From Mytilus californianus (taxonomy: Eukaryota), in contig NW_026262604.1 of assembly GCF_021869535.1 (NCBI RefSeq), positions 32,178,001 to 32,242,000 on the forward strand: a DNA stretch of 64,000 nt, read 5' to 3'. A model generated the notes under the pieces. It did no database searches. It had not been told where the DNA came from and saw only the letters and a list, made by a program, of their open reading frames with translations. Below are positions 1 to 13,047 of the stretch, piece after piece. Numbering within the stretch: the stretch's first letter is position 1; each line of letters begins with the position of its first letter. Both the position numbers and the translations under genes were made by a program.

Positions 1-1830
1 CAACCGTAAAAGATTACGACAAAACTAGTTTACCAAATTGCTCGCGTTATCCTTAGATTGTGAAGAAAAAATTTGATGGAAGTGATCTAAAGATTCCATA
101 CGAGAGTTATTTCCTTTCATGTATTCGACATAAGTGAAATGTAATAGTAACTCTTTAACCACAAGTGATAGAGATCTAGGGTCTTTTGATTTGAGGATCT
201 AGGTCCACAAAAAGAAAATGAGGTCAAGGTCAAAGGTCAATGTAATCTTTAAATATTTTGCTTATTTTTGTGTGTGCTACTGCTTAGAAAGTGTGATGTA
301 TATTGACAAAAGAATTTCACCAAATTCTTAGTTGCAACATGTCGTAACAGAAATTTTTTCTCCGAAGCGGTCAATTACATTTACTTGGAGTTTGATCCCT
401 TGAATGTTAAAAATAAGATGTATGGTACTATATCTTATGAACAATACAAAGTAGAGACCCAAGGTATTTTGATATAAGGTCCTTGTTTGATGACCTTAAA
501 TTTGAGGTCAAGGTCAAAGGTAAATTTAATGTTCTAGATTTGAGACCTTTGCTATTACTTCATATTGATATATGATAAATCCATAGGGTCTTTTGCATTT
601 GTTAGGAACACACATGACCTTGATAAGGTTATCTGGAATGACCTTCATTAAACTGGAAGTAGCAATGTTTTGCATTAATTCAATATAATTATATCTAGAA
701 CCATACATTTTTTTAAATCAGCGTCAAGTGACCTATCATATAATACCGGAAGTGACATTTTTCAAAACGGAAGTAACAAATTATCTCTCTTATAAAAGAT
801 AAAGTAGTGTACAGAAACCATATATTTTTGGGATTGAAGTAAATCACGTATTCCATATCAAAATATGTGTGTTTGGCGATGGAAAGAACTTCAATTGTTT
901 AATACTTTTCTTCGCCTAATTTATGTTCTTGTGCCGTTTTGCTGTTTAGCAAGATGTGGCTTAGAAATTTGGTATACGACATCGAACAGTTTATACGCTT
1001 TTGAAACTGACACTGCTAAACCGGACACTTTTCTTTGTAACAGTTATCTCCCCAAAAACGGTCTTTCTTTGTCCACTACTCCTTCGCAACCGTAAAAGAA
1101 ACTGACAAATTTATTTTACCAAATTGCTCGTTATATCTTCAGGATATGGAGAATAATTTTGACTGAAATGATCCGGAGACTCCATATGAGAGTTATTTCC
1201 CCTTATGCATTTGATTGAAGTGATCTGCATTTGTATCTGGTAAACCATGAGTTATAGAGACCTAGGGTCTTTTGATTTGAGGCCCTTGGTCCACCAAACA
1301 GAAAATTAGGTCAAGGTCATTATTTTGATTTTAGCTTATTATCACTGCTTTTTAAATCGTATAAGATATCGGCACAATATGTGTATTTAAGTGTAAGTTG
1401 CGACATGTCGTAACATATACATTATGGTTGAAAGGGTACGTTGACATTTACTGGGAATTTTCGTCCATCTTATATTCAAAATTACATGTATGGTAATATA
1501 ACTCATTTACCATATAATAAAGACTTAGAGTCCTTTGATTTGAGGTCCCTTCTTTATGACCTTCAAATTGAAGTCTAGGTCAAAGTTTAAATTTACGTTC
1601 TGTTTTTTACCTTTGCTTTAACTTCTTATTGGTACATTAAAGACACATGGTCTTTTACGTTAGGTTGCAGACATATGACTTTGAAGAAGGTCAACCCTTT
1701 GTTTACCGGAAGTAGTCTTTTTTGCATTATTTTAATGTAAAAATTACACCAGAATTGACTTTTAAAGCCGGAAATGAATATTTTCCTATCAAAACATGTG
1801 CATTTGGGGTGAAAAGATTTTCAATTGTTC
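1..1830. repeat. Diverged ~1-kb direct duplication of an interspersed repeat carrying GAGGTCAAGGTCA motifs (probably Helentron/HINE-related)
   Basis: caaccgtaaaaga...ttaccaaattgctcg at 1 recurs at 1087. Homology continues to atcaaaa(t/c)atgtg...ttcaattgtt at ~860-900 and ~1790-1830. Confidence 0.7.
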
Positions 1831-1867
1831 TTTAATTGTTTAAATTGTTTTAATTTGTACATATTGT

Positions 1868-2185
1868 TTTGCTATTGTTTTGCTGTTACACCACTGTCCC
1901 AGGTTAGGGGATGAGGGCTCATAAACATGTACATTTGCCAACTTGTGTATGAGCTTGTCCTAAGCCAGGAGCCTGTTATTCAATGGTTGTCGTTGGCTCA
2001 TGTCTGTCAAGTTGATTTTTGTTCACTGTTTCGTAATAAATCAGGCTGGTAATTTTGTCATTTTTATCTATTTATATTTTGTCGTGTCGGAACAATTTAT
2101 AGCTGACTATATGATATAGGTTTTGCTCATTGTTGAATGCAATTCGGTGACCATAGTTGCTGATCACATCTACGTCATTTGCTGC
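1868..2185 (+). mobile_element. Abundant interspersed repeat family (unclassified, SINE-like). Other copies: 7632-7812 (+), 15243-15455 (-), 21790-22135 (+), 27380-27650 (-), 28478-28960 (+), 39620-39705 (+), 55870-56165 (-), 57880-58312 (+)
   Basis: Shared blocks acaccactgtcccaggttagg, ccaagtcaggagcc, ttttgctcattgttga and gagagttgtctcattggcaatcataccacatcttc in many copies on both strands. Confidence 0.8.
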
Positions 2186-3995
2186 ATATTTTTCTCTTCG
2201 GATATTATATCTTATCTTATAAATTCAATTCAATTACTGATAAATACTTTTTAGCATTTTGCGTTCTGAAATGAGCGCACATATTCTTTTAGGTTCCAAA
2301 CAATGATAAAACTGATGATATGCTTCTAAGACGATCAACAGGTAAGTTGAATGGGCATAGGACATTTGAGCGAAAACAAAAACAAATAAACATAGGGTCA
2401 TTTGAGCACCGACATCATAGGACATTTCAGCGCCGGAATATTAATCTTACCTAGATTTTCAAATAGGACGTTTTAGCGAAATTTTCGGTGATACTTTTGG
2501 ATGAATTAAGAAAATATTTTTAATAAGTAAGAAAAGAGTAAGCTTTTAAAATTAACATATCTTATTGATTTTACACCAGAGTAATTCGCCCGGTTCTGGC
2601 TAGTTAATGCTTACTCGTAGTATCTCTACTTACCAATCAATTCTGCTATAATTCATTGGCTATGCAAATTTTCTTTGTTCTAAATTTCTATTAAATCTAT
2701 AAAGTGAAATGTCCCTTGGCACTTTAGATCTTAATACTAATACATGTATATGTTAAAATGAATATAAATTGAACCGAGAAGAATACAGGAAAAAAGAGCC
2801 TTGTTTGCGACAGCACCTCAAAGCCGAACAGACAAGGAGAAGGAAGAGAATCTCCTGGACTTGAGTTCGCAGTACTGCTTGCAGGAAATAACGAGGGATT
2901 TTTATGTCAAAAGCCTGGGATATAAATTTCAAGCCCAATCAGACTTGTAAATAATGACATTGCCGAGTTTTAAGTTTTATGACAGTGTTCTTTGTTTTTT
3001 TCACAATTAAAAGATGTTTTCAACTTTGTGCGCTATAAACTCCGCTGGAGAACAGAAGGGGTTTGGACAGAATACTATTAAAAAAAGAAATGTGTTTTTA
3101 AGGTACAAACATTAAAAGAATAGTACATTGAATACGAATTCAGGTTGGTTTATTTTTTTTCTAAAAATACGCTTAAAATATTTCGAAACATAGTTTACGC
3201 GCATTAAATGCGCATATTTTTCGTCTGGAAATTTTTTTCCTCAAAATTAAGATGGAGAAGTTAACTAGTTATTTCTCATTATTAAGTTTTTGAACATTAA
3301 GTTCTATTTCACAGTTGTAAACAAAATAATTAAAATAAATAAGCTTTTGTTTATCATTATCAGAGAAAAAAGTTCTCAAAATTTAGATTCTTTTTTTGTC
3401 CGTAACTTTCAGTGTTCCCCTTTGTCCTACAGTCTATACCTTGTGAGCCGAGGAGATTATTTCAAAGTCCCTTTCCACCCTCTTTTTGTTCGACAAAAAA
3501 AAATGAGTTTCTAGATCCGTTCAAGATGAATCAATGCTATAATTGTTTCCAGTACCTGTTCAAACGTCCCGCCTTTTATCTTTAAATAACTTTGCATAAC
3601 CCATAAATAAGATATTTTTTTAATTCGTTAACCGAATGTGTTTACAATATTTGCCACCAGACGTTATGCAAACAACCAGCAATTTATATATCATTACAGT
3701 TTGTGTACAAGTACATATACACGACAAAAAAATAACATTTTTGGAATTTGAGTAGGGTAACTCCTTTCCTGCATTAATTTCGGTCTATGTTTAGTAATTA
3801 CATGCATGACCTTAGAGGAAGTGGCATAAAACATTTGTGATCTTCGTTTCGTACGTGGTAATACATCTCCTCTAGCCGTTACGTTTACGTAATGCCTGAT
3901 TTTGAATGTTATCTAATTTTTTTTCAGTTGTAAAAGAAGCCAAATTATATATTTCACAACTATAATCAATTTTTCATCCAATCCATTTGAAAGAT

Positions 3996-4129
3996 AAATA
4001 TTTTGTTCTAAGTGTATGGCAGCATAGTTGCGCCCTATCTGGTTCTTGTAAGTAATTTCATACTAAATACAACTTACAAGAACCAGATGGGGCGCAACCA
4101 GCGATGCATACACTTAAAAAAAATATTCA
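3996..4129. repeat. Long near-perfect inverted repeat (hairpin MITE-like)
   Basis: gttgcgccctatctggttcttgtaagt pairs with acttacaagaaccagatggggcgcaac, and outer taagtgtatg pairs with catacactta. Loop about 18 nt. Confidence 0.85.
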
Positions 4130-4193
4130 TGCACTTAGTTTGTAAATTTGAAATATGCTTAAGTTAAGTTTCTGTCAAAAATATAATCCTAAA

Positions 4194-4352
4194 CAGATGC
4201 GGATCCAGGTTTTTGATAAAGAAGGCCCGGGGCCCCCAAAGTAAGCAATGTTTGGAGTGGTACACGTTAAAAGTCTATGCATCAACCATATATATAGCTA
4301 CATAAGGGGAGTCAGTGCACCCCCCCCCCCAAAAAAAAAAAATCCGCCTCTG
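4194..4352. mobile_element. MITE with CAGRGGCGGAT-type TIRs. Related copies: 13626-13772, 32041-32324, 38400-38545, 43903-44039
   Basis: cagatgcggatcc...aatccgcctctg termini. Same terminal motif and G/C-run subterminal blocks in the other copies. Confidence 0.65.
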
Positions 4353-5412
4353 CTTAAACCATTTCCAATATATGATTGTAAAGTTATTAAGTTGTATTTA
4401 CATTTTCCTTATAGTAATTATCATGACTACTTTTTTACTTGGAAAAAGTCTGTTTTGCTTAATCATATATTCCTGTTTTACAATCAATAATAAATTACAA
4501 TCAATAATCAATATATCTATTCCTTTTGTCTTGATACCTCGTACAGAAACATTTTAACATTCTGACCAAACTCTAACTTATTAGTTGACGCACATCAAAG
4601 CCGTGCACCTATGGCAAATAACTTTGTCGGAAGAGAAATAAAACAAAGGCAAAATGATTTGTCCTTTTAATCATTGTAAATAAGAACAAAACATTTAATT
4701 ATACATATTTAGTACTAATCTTTTCGATACAACTGTTAATTACTTAAAATAAAAAGATTATTGTTTAATCAGTTGTTATGTAAGTTGTCACGTGTCAATC
4801 GGTTCGCTGATTTTCGGCAATGTTCAATTGTTCAATTACTCATTTATTTGTGGTTCTTTTTCTATAAAATTAGGAATTTATGCATTTAATATCAGTCTCT
4901 ACCATACTATGAAAACATCATGTAACAGCATCCCGTCTAGTCCTTAGTGCACTAAGGTTTCCTTAGCAGTGTTTAGACGTATCGTATTGCAATGTGAGAA
5001 AAAATGTTCGTAATAAAAACGTTTTACCTCATCCCTGACTCCTTCGTGCACAAAGATTATATTAGAAAATTAGAAAAAAATCTGAATTAATTGACAAATT
5101 CGAAAAACTATTTTATTTGCCTGTTTGACGATTATGAAATTATCGCTGCATGTTTTATCGGCGCGTGTCATACTTTTGTGATATGTCATGCATAACCAAT
5201 GTTTATTGTGAAATATCAACGGTGATTAGAAATTGACTAATAACCAAGTTTTAAAGATGAAAATGTGTGCACTGAAGACTTTTATTGTAGGCTGTGAGAT
5301 CCACAGTTTTAAATATTGTTGAATAATAGCGAATTTTAATGATAGGATTCATAAATATTATGCTTATTGAAAATCTTGAGTGAAATGGAATTCAGAAGAA
5401 TAAAGCAATTAG

Positions 5413-5660
5413 CCTTGTGGCACCGTTAAAGTCCACAATTCCTCTAAAGTCAACAACACCGCTAATGTCCACAACAAATTTCCGCTAAAGTCCACAACGC
5501 CGCTAAAGTCCACAAACTTTCCGCTAAAGTCCACAAAATGACCTCCGCTAAAGTCCACAAAATGACCTCCGCTAAAGTCCACAAGAAAACGCCGTTAAAG
5601 TCCACAATAACAAGTTCTGCTAAAATCCACACAAAAACACCGTTAAAGTCCACACATTTT
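5413..5660 (+). repeat. Tandem array of a 16-nt core CCGCTAAAGTCCACAA with 0-9 nt linkers (left arm of an inverted pair)
   Basis: About 11 copies starting at tgtggcaccgttaaagtccacaa. Reverse complement at 12829-13047. Confidence 0.9.
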
Positions 5661-6198
5661 TTTTATTATGAGAATATCAATTCGCTTTTTTTTTTATCCC
5701 GGTAGTACAATACTAAGCATGGGCTTTTGTTGTTGGTAGTTATTTTTTATCAGTTTGATAAATGAAAAAAAGTACAGTATCTGTAGAAGATTTTGTTCCA
5801 TTAATTTGATCTTTGTACAAGAGATTTACAATAACTACCCGACTCCGAGTCCGAGTACGAGTACGACTACAAATCATACAGGTAAGCTGTATTGGTGATC
5901 GCAAAATAATTTGTACACTAATCAATTTTACCGTGTTAAATCTTTAACTTGCGTTGCCATGTGATAAGACTAAACCATTCATCAAATGTATTTTTTTTAC
6001 TGAAGGGTTGAAGAAAATGCTTTATCGATCATGCTCTTTGTAACGAGTTTTTTCTTCAGAATCTAATACTTTCACAACAATATTTTGCTCGTGTTATCTG
6101 AGCATGACTTCTATATGTTCTCTATTCTGTTGAGAAAAAAAAATTTTTTAAGTTGAATGGTCCTTTCCTAACTGATGAATTTTTTAAAGAGAATTGAA

Positions 6199-6883
6199 TA
6201 CTGTGAAAGTATTTTTATTCGTGGGTATCAATTTTCGTGGTTTCAGCAAAAGTTACATGTTCGTGGGTTCTTAAATTCGTGGATTTTAGTTTTCTGAAGA
6301 AAAAAAAATCGAGTGACGAATTGGAAGACTTCAGAATCGAATATTCGTGATATTAATCATATGTTGTTTTATAATGATTTGTGGTGCATTGTTAAACAAG
6401 GTGTTCATTTTCACTCACTTGTTCGTTCTTCATTAATAACAAATTCATAATATTTTGAATTGTAGAATCAATTATTATGACATAAAAAAGCAAGCCCAAA
6501 ATGAAATCAGTATTTTTTTTTCGTATGAGAATTATGAAAAAAGAAACATTTCATTATCGCATATCATCAACGGATATCTGACTTTCATCGAAAAAAAATT
6601 ATTTCTCATGAGAATTAAAATGTTAACCAGCCGTACATTTTAGATTTTTTAAAGATTAAATGGGTAAAATCCGGTCTGAAGTTGTACAAACAAAATGTAT
6701 ATTTCGTTCAAAGTACGTTGGTTTATATGACCGTATCCATGTAATCAAACCTACATGGGGATCTTTCCATGTCTGGAATTGGACAACAGTTATTATATTC
6801 GTTGGACAGTTAAATTCGTGGATAAAGCCATCCACGAAAACCACGAAAATTGGTACCCCACGAATAAACGTACTTTCATAGTA
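6199..6883. mobile_element. TA-flanked MITE nested in the Harbinger element
   Basis: TA-CTGTGAAAGTATTTTTATTCGTGGGTATCAATTTTCGTGG pairs with CCACGAAAATTGGTACCCCACGAATAAACGTACTTTCATAG-TA. Confidence 0.8.
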
Positions 6884-7911
6884 ATACTATTGTTCATTTT
6901 TTTTGGGGGGAGGGGGTATTTCTTTTTTTTATTTTGAAGCAACTTTTTTCCCATTGTATAAAGTCTTAAGCTTGGAGGATATGATTAATATTTTTAATAG
7001 AATTATTGCAAATTGTTTTAAATCGTTTTTGATCAGGAAACTTGTCTTTTTTTGTTGTTGCTGCGATTGATTTGTAATGCATACTCTTGTTCGCAATTAT
7101 TTTGATGAGAAAAAAATCACGTGAATGAATATGAATATCCAATCAACATTAACCTTCTAAGTCATTCCAATCATCCCCCCCTGTCAAGGTAGCTTGCAAT
7201 TGTTTGTCTGGTTTTAGAAGTGTGCAAAAATAAGTCTCACAAAGAACCAACCGACGCTTATTTTTTTCCAAATAGACAAATCTACAAGATATTTTACCTT
7301 TCAGCTTTTCAATTGGGCAGGTTTTTTTACAAGCATTTGAAAGAGTGTTCTATGTTAGCTGTTCTTCAAACAATTTTAAAAAGAAAACCAAGATTTGAGA
7401 AGAAACGATACAAACGGTGACTGACACAAAATGATGACCAACTTCACTCTTTAAGTAGATCAAAATGAAGTAGAACAGGAAGAAAGAATCAAAACGACGG
7501 GACGGAGCAGTGTGTGGGATGAATTTTGACGGGAAATGGAGGTGGATGTGGCTTCAGGGGGAAAATACTTTATTTTATATAGCCGTAATTTTTTTTTTCT
7601 GGAACTGTGTATTAAAAGGGAATATGTTTTAGTTTTCTCTTTTGGGCTGTTTAACATATGTCATTTCGGGGTCCTTTATAGTGGTATGGTTTTTGCTCAT
7701 TGTTGAAGTCCGTACGCAGTCCTATACATTTTGTAGTTGTTAACTCCCAAGTCGTTTGGTATCTGGAGGAAAGTTGTCTCATTGGAAATCATACCTCATC
7801 TTCTTATTTTTAAATTATTTTTTGTTTTATAATTTTTGACTTTTCGCATTTTGTTTTCCCTAAAGGCAAGAACAGCGAAACACAATTTTTAAAGAAAAGT
7901 ACACCCCTTTA

Positions 7912-8501
7912 ATTCGCTGGCCAACACTAGAAGAATGCGGAAGTCTGGAGGGTGCCTGGCATAAATTCCCATCTGCGCTAGGTGCAATCGACGGAACATC
8001 AACAGAAATATATCATCCTCAGACAGAACCACAAGAACACTATTTTTCTAGCCACAGACACTTCCACTGTATTCACACACAGGTTGTTATCATCAATAAA
8101 TGTTTCATAGTTTTATTGGAGTCAGGTTTTCTGGGACATCAGAACGATGCCCAACAGTTTCGATTAATGCGTCAAATCGGGACAGACGAAAACCTTCCTT
8201 TCCCATTGAATAAGTATACTATATACTTGGTGATGAAATACATTCAAACTGCTATCCTGTTGTGACGCCTTACACCAGACAGCAGATAACCAGAAAGCCG
8301 GAGCATTTAAAAAGAAAGTGAAGAAAATTAAACGGACTTATAACAAAATACCGAGTTTCCGTCACGGTTAAACATGTTATTGGCGAGTTGAAATGCTATA
8401 AAGTCATGGGAACTCTTTTGAGGCATCCTTTTCACAAGCTAAAAGCCATTTTTGAAGTTTGTGGGAGTTTTGTTGATCGCCGAAAACAACTTTTCAATTA
8501 G
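7912..8501 (+). pseudogene. Harbinger/HARBI1-like DDE transposase remnant (DDE_Tnp_4 type) with a frameshift and a stop
   Basis: Manual translation: IRWPTLEE..FPSALGAIDGTSTEIYHP..HCIHTQVV..SGFLGHQNDAQQF, frameshift near 8215, then ILGDEIH..YPVVTPY..(TGA)..LNGLITKYRVSVTVKHVIGELKCYK. A probable N-terminal remnant lies at 7348-7560. Confidence 0.9.
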
Positions 8502-8939
8502 TATACAATGATTAAAGTACAATGTTTACAATATTTTTTATTGTTTTGAGATAGCCCCCGTCATTAAAACTGTCGTACTACGACTCGTAGTCGGACTCGG
8601 GTCGGAGTCAGACAGTTATTGTAAATCTCTACTATGATGATCCGATCAATGAATCAAACAGGCCAATTTGGACATCATTTCTAAAAAGTTATCTAGTCAT
8701 AGTAAATTCGTTAGTTATTACATAATTACTGCATTCTTCAAGTACTGTTTTTTTTTCTTATTCTTTGTATGTAATCACTTTTTTACGTCACTATAAATGT
8801 ACAGAGCAAAAGTCTCGGGACATGTTATTAATAATGTTTTTTTTTATGTTGATGTTTTTAAAAAAACATGAGCACCGACAAGAAATTCGACATATAATTC
8901 GATTTTGCTAGTTTTAATTAAATTGTTACTAAACATAAG

Positions 8940-9195
8940 CACATGGACATGAGGTCATAATAATGTATCCTGCACTCCCCTCCAGCTATTTTTTAAACTT
9001 TTATATAGTTGCCGATATAAAAAAATAGTTGGATATTAAAACAGCACAAATAAGTAAAAATATCAGTATAGATGACAAGGAATAGATAGGTAAACGTTAT
9101 TTATTTAAATGGCTTGAAATCAGAACTTTGACAAAATATTGCCTCGTAAAAAAGGGGGAGGACAGGGTACATCATCATGACCCCATGTACCTGTG
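8940..9195. mobile_element. MITE with ~40-bp TIRs (CACA start) and a degenerate 8-bp TSD
   Basis: cacatggacatgaggtcataataatgtatcctg pairs with cagggtacatcatcatgaccccatgtacctgtg. Flanks aacataag / taaataag. Confidence 0.65.
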
Positions 9196-10114
9196 TAAAT
9201 AAGATGTGGTATGAGTGCCAATGAGACCACTCTCCATCCAATATTTTTGTATTGATAATTGCTATCGGATTAACGTATTTAAGAACCTACATTGTATACA
9301 TAATTATCATAACAAGACTGGACACACTTAAATGTCTTCCCTGTTTTAGTGTTTATAATTGAAGTTATTTGAAAGTGAACAATTTTTTTGACAACAAGCA
9401 ATACATTAAATTATCAATTCAATGATCAATGAACATGATGTCAAGGTGAGATAAATCTTTTCAGACAGACATGGAGGCCGTATGAATTCATCCCATGATA
9501 TACCAAATTAAGTTAACTATCGCTTAAAGTATCTCGGAAGCAAACATCATCAAGAAATAAGAACTTTGGCAAATGAACCATTAAATTAGGTCAAGGAAAT
9601 ATGACACAGACCAGTCAGACAGTCATGTACACCTTACAACCATTCAATACACAAGATGTATACATGACTTTAATATCACTTATAATATCTGAGAAACTGT
9701 CAAAACTATATATTAAGCAGTTCAGTTTAATTCTATCAGTCTTCTCACAAGTAAACAGCTGGCTTGACGGTTTTTGTAGTAAAGTTCTAAATTTTCTAAA
9801 AACTTATCTTCCAACATTATTTGTATTTCAAATAAATTCAATTTCAGTGAGCATTTTAACTCAATTTCATACTTAGCACCGAGCACTATACGTCCAAAGT
9901 TTAGAATACGCTTCAATAGAAAAAGCTTAAACTATGTGCTCCTTAAAACCAACAATGATCATATTTAGGTCAAGTGAACGATACAAGCTTAAGATCACAT
10001 GATACTCTAGTTTTAATAATGTTTAGATATGTATATGTTGTACAGAATTTCCTGTTGTTTATTGAATTTGAATGTTCATTCTATACTTCATTATTATCAA
10101 TTCTCATAAAACCA

Positions 10115-11198
10115 AACAAGAGTGCACACGCTGAATTGTCTCGCCTTCTTTACTAATCATTGATATTATGTTGATAGTCCTAAATATAAAGCTTTATTAC
10201 AACTGTCACATAAACTTAACATTAACCAAGTAAATTAAACATTGACCAATGAACCATGAAAATGAGGTCAAGGTCAGATGAACCATGCTAGGCAGGCATG
10301 TACAGCTAACAATTCTTCCATTCAACAAATATAGTTGACCTATTGCTTATAGTTTAAGAAAAACAGACCAAAACACAAAAACTTAACACTGAGCAATGAA
10401 CCTTGAAAATGAGGTCAAGGTCAAATAAAACCTGCGTGACTGACATATAGATCATAAAATATTTCCATACACTAAATATAGTTGAACTATTGCATATAGT
10501 ATTAGAAAAAAAGACCAAAACTCAAAAACTTAACTTTGACCACTGAACCATGAAAATGAGGTCAAGGTCAGATGACACCTGCCAGCTAGACATGTACACC
10601 TTACAATCATTCCATATACCAAATATAGTAGACCTATTGCATACAGTATAAGAAAAACAGACCAAAACACAAAAACTTAACTATAACCACTGAACCATGA
10701 AAATGAGGTCAAGGTCAGATGACACCTGCCAGTTGGACATGTACACCTTACAGTCCTTCTATACACCGAATATACTAAACCTATTGCTTATAGTATCTGA
10801 GATATGGACTTGACCACCAAAACTTAACTTTGTTCACTGATCCATGAAATGATGTCGAGGTCAAGTGAAAACTGTCTGACGGGCATCAGGATCTTGCAAG
10901 GTACGCACATACCAAATATAGTTATCCTATTACTTATGATAAGAGAGAACTTAACATTACAAAAAATCTTAACTTTTTTTTCAAGTAGTCACTGAACCAT
11001 GAAAATGAGGTCAAGGACATTGGACATGTGACTGACGGAAACTTCGTAACATGAGGCATCCATATACAAAGTATGAAGCATCCAGATCTTCCACCTTCTA
11101 AAATATAAAGCTTTTAAGAAGTGAGATAACGCCGCCGCCGCCGGATCACTATCCCTATGTCGAGCTTTCTACGACAAAAGTTGCAGGCTCGACAAAAA
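10115..11198 (-). mobile_element. Helentron-type non-autonomous element (HINE/DINE-1-like) with six 147-bp tandem monomers
   Basis: On the minus strand: TTTTT-GTCGAGCC..GCTCGAC hairpin, (GGC)n microsatellite, monomers anchored by gaaccatgaaaatgaggtcaag at 10251, 10398, 10545, 10692, 10839, 10994, subTIR AGGCGAGACA, and a CTCTTGTT end. Confidence 0.85.
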
Positions 11199-11574
11199 TG
11201 AAAGTAATGTTCATCGCCTTTCCTATTTTTTTATACCAAACAAATCAAGGGAAGAAACTAAGACACGAGCAGCCGCATTGATTTGTTTAGTAATTCCTGG
11301 CAAACTTGAAATCAGAGTAATATTTTAATTTTAATGTTGTCAATTGGAAATGTTTGCCTACCAGGTCATTCGACCTATTAACTGATTAACCGGAAGTAAA
11401 GTGGGTGGTCAAAGGTCTTGTTTAAAGTAATCTGCAAATTCATGGTGTTAGAGTCTGATGATTTTCTCATCTAAATCTGAAACCTAGTTTATGCAACTTC
11501 AGCCAATTTAATTAGGAGTGTTTTGGTCAAATTTGCATCTTCAAATTGTTTTACAGTGACCTACAACATATATG

Positions 11575-11675
11575 TTCCAGACCATATTAGTATTTGGACC
11601 GTACGCGTACGGTCTGGAGCGAATGTTAAATTTTTCAAAATACGCATACGGTCGGACTGTACGCGTACGGTCTGC
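11575..11675. repeat. MITE fragment with an 18-bp perfect palindrome GACCGTACGCGTACGGTC and a second near-perfect copy
   Basis: Palindromes at 11597-11614 and 11655-11672. Confidence 0.7.
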
Positions 11676-12828
11676 CTAATTTTGTGTATTAGATACAAAT
11701 GAACTTTCAACATAAATGAAAGCTTAAATTAATACAAAAAGTTCAATTGCAATTGAAATAAAAACTTTAAATTTTAATTATTCAAAAAAGTCACGTTCAT
11801 TTGATATGGTAATGTTCTGTATTTAGCATGTCTGTAATACACGAAATTAAATTATGCTCGCTGAAATTGAAGTTATTGGAAGGAAACATAATGTGGGAAG
11901 AAAAGTTTTTAGAATATTTAGGAACTTTACTAAAAAATGTAAATGGAAAGGAATATCCATGAACAAAACATGTAAATGTAAAAAATCTCTAATGTTCCTT
12001 GTGGGCGTTAGTGCCAAAAAAGAAAATAAATAATTCATTTCAATTGATTGAATGTTCGCTTATTCTCTTCATTCATGTAATTGTAACAATATTATTTTAA
12101 GATTTTAACAATTGTCTGTATTTAAGAATTGAATGCTTCTTTTTGTAAATTCATTGGGGTGTTTAAGCGTTGACCGAAGTACATTTTGTATAAAGCGCGG
12201 AAGCGCTTCATTCTAAAAATGTGCACAAATCTTTTATACTTGTACATATCATGGGTAAGACATAATACAGAACCGCATCTGGGTATAATCTATTCAATTC
12301 ATCTTCAACGCATTCTGAAACAAATACATTTTCCTTTTTGAATACCAAACAAACATGCAAACTAATGAGTGATCGAAATCTGCTTAGCACCACAAAATGC
12401 ATGTGTGGAATTCTTTTATTTATCATTATTTTGATTTCAAACAAGAACATTATGGTTCAAAGCCTATTTTTGGAATAAGGGACCGTTTTTGGCTGCTGTG
12501 GAGTCTAACAGAAACTGAATGGATTTCGTTCTTATGTTTTATAGATATTTGCAAACGAAAATTTCAATGTCAAATATAGGCTCCAAGATATGTCAGTGTG
12601 TATAAATGGTTACTAAAGAAAATACAAAAAGAGCACCATAGCTAGATAACTTTTCAGAAATGTTGCCTGTTTGATTCATAGAAAATCACAATACAAAGAT
12701 CTTTTATGGGGATCAAAATCAGAATCTTTTCATTTATCAAAAATATAATTCAAGCGGATAAGAAATACTTTCCAAGAACAGAAGTCCATGCTTTTTATTA
12801 GATCTATACCATCGCGATTATGAAAAAG

Positions 12829-13047
12829 TTGTGTGGACTTTAACGGTGTATTTTTATGGACTTCAGCGGAACTTGTTGTTGTGGACTTTAACGGGTTTTT
12901 TTTGTGGACTTTAGTGGAGGTCATGTTGTGGACTTTAGCGGAAAGTTTGTGGACTTTAACGGCGTTGTGGACTTTAGCGGAAATTTGTTGTGGACTTTAG
13001 CGGTGTTGTGGACTTTAGAGGAATTGTGGACTTTAACGGTGCCACAT
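12829..13047 (-). repeat. Reverse-complement copy of the CCGCTAAAGTCCACAA array (right arm)
   Basis: ttgtggactttagcgg repeats ending in ctttaacggtgccacatagc. Linkers occur in the same order as in 5413-5660. Confidence 0.9.

Larger units (their letters stand above)
5820..8630 (+). mobile_element. PIF/Harbinger DNA transposon, degenerate
   Basis: TIRs agagatttacaataact..gactccga (5820) and tcggagtcagacagttattgtaaatctct (8630). Internal DDE transposase remnant. No perfect TSD (near-matches only). Confidence 0.85.

Noticed and set aside
5413-5660. CRISPR-like repeat with variable spacers
   Set aside because: The repeat is 16 nt, linkers are only 0-9 nt, there are no cas genes and the context is eukaryotic. 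The same applies to the 36-bp array at 17.9 kb.
6172-6210. CTGATGA hammerhead-like start
   Set aside because: No GAAA after a credible stem II.
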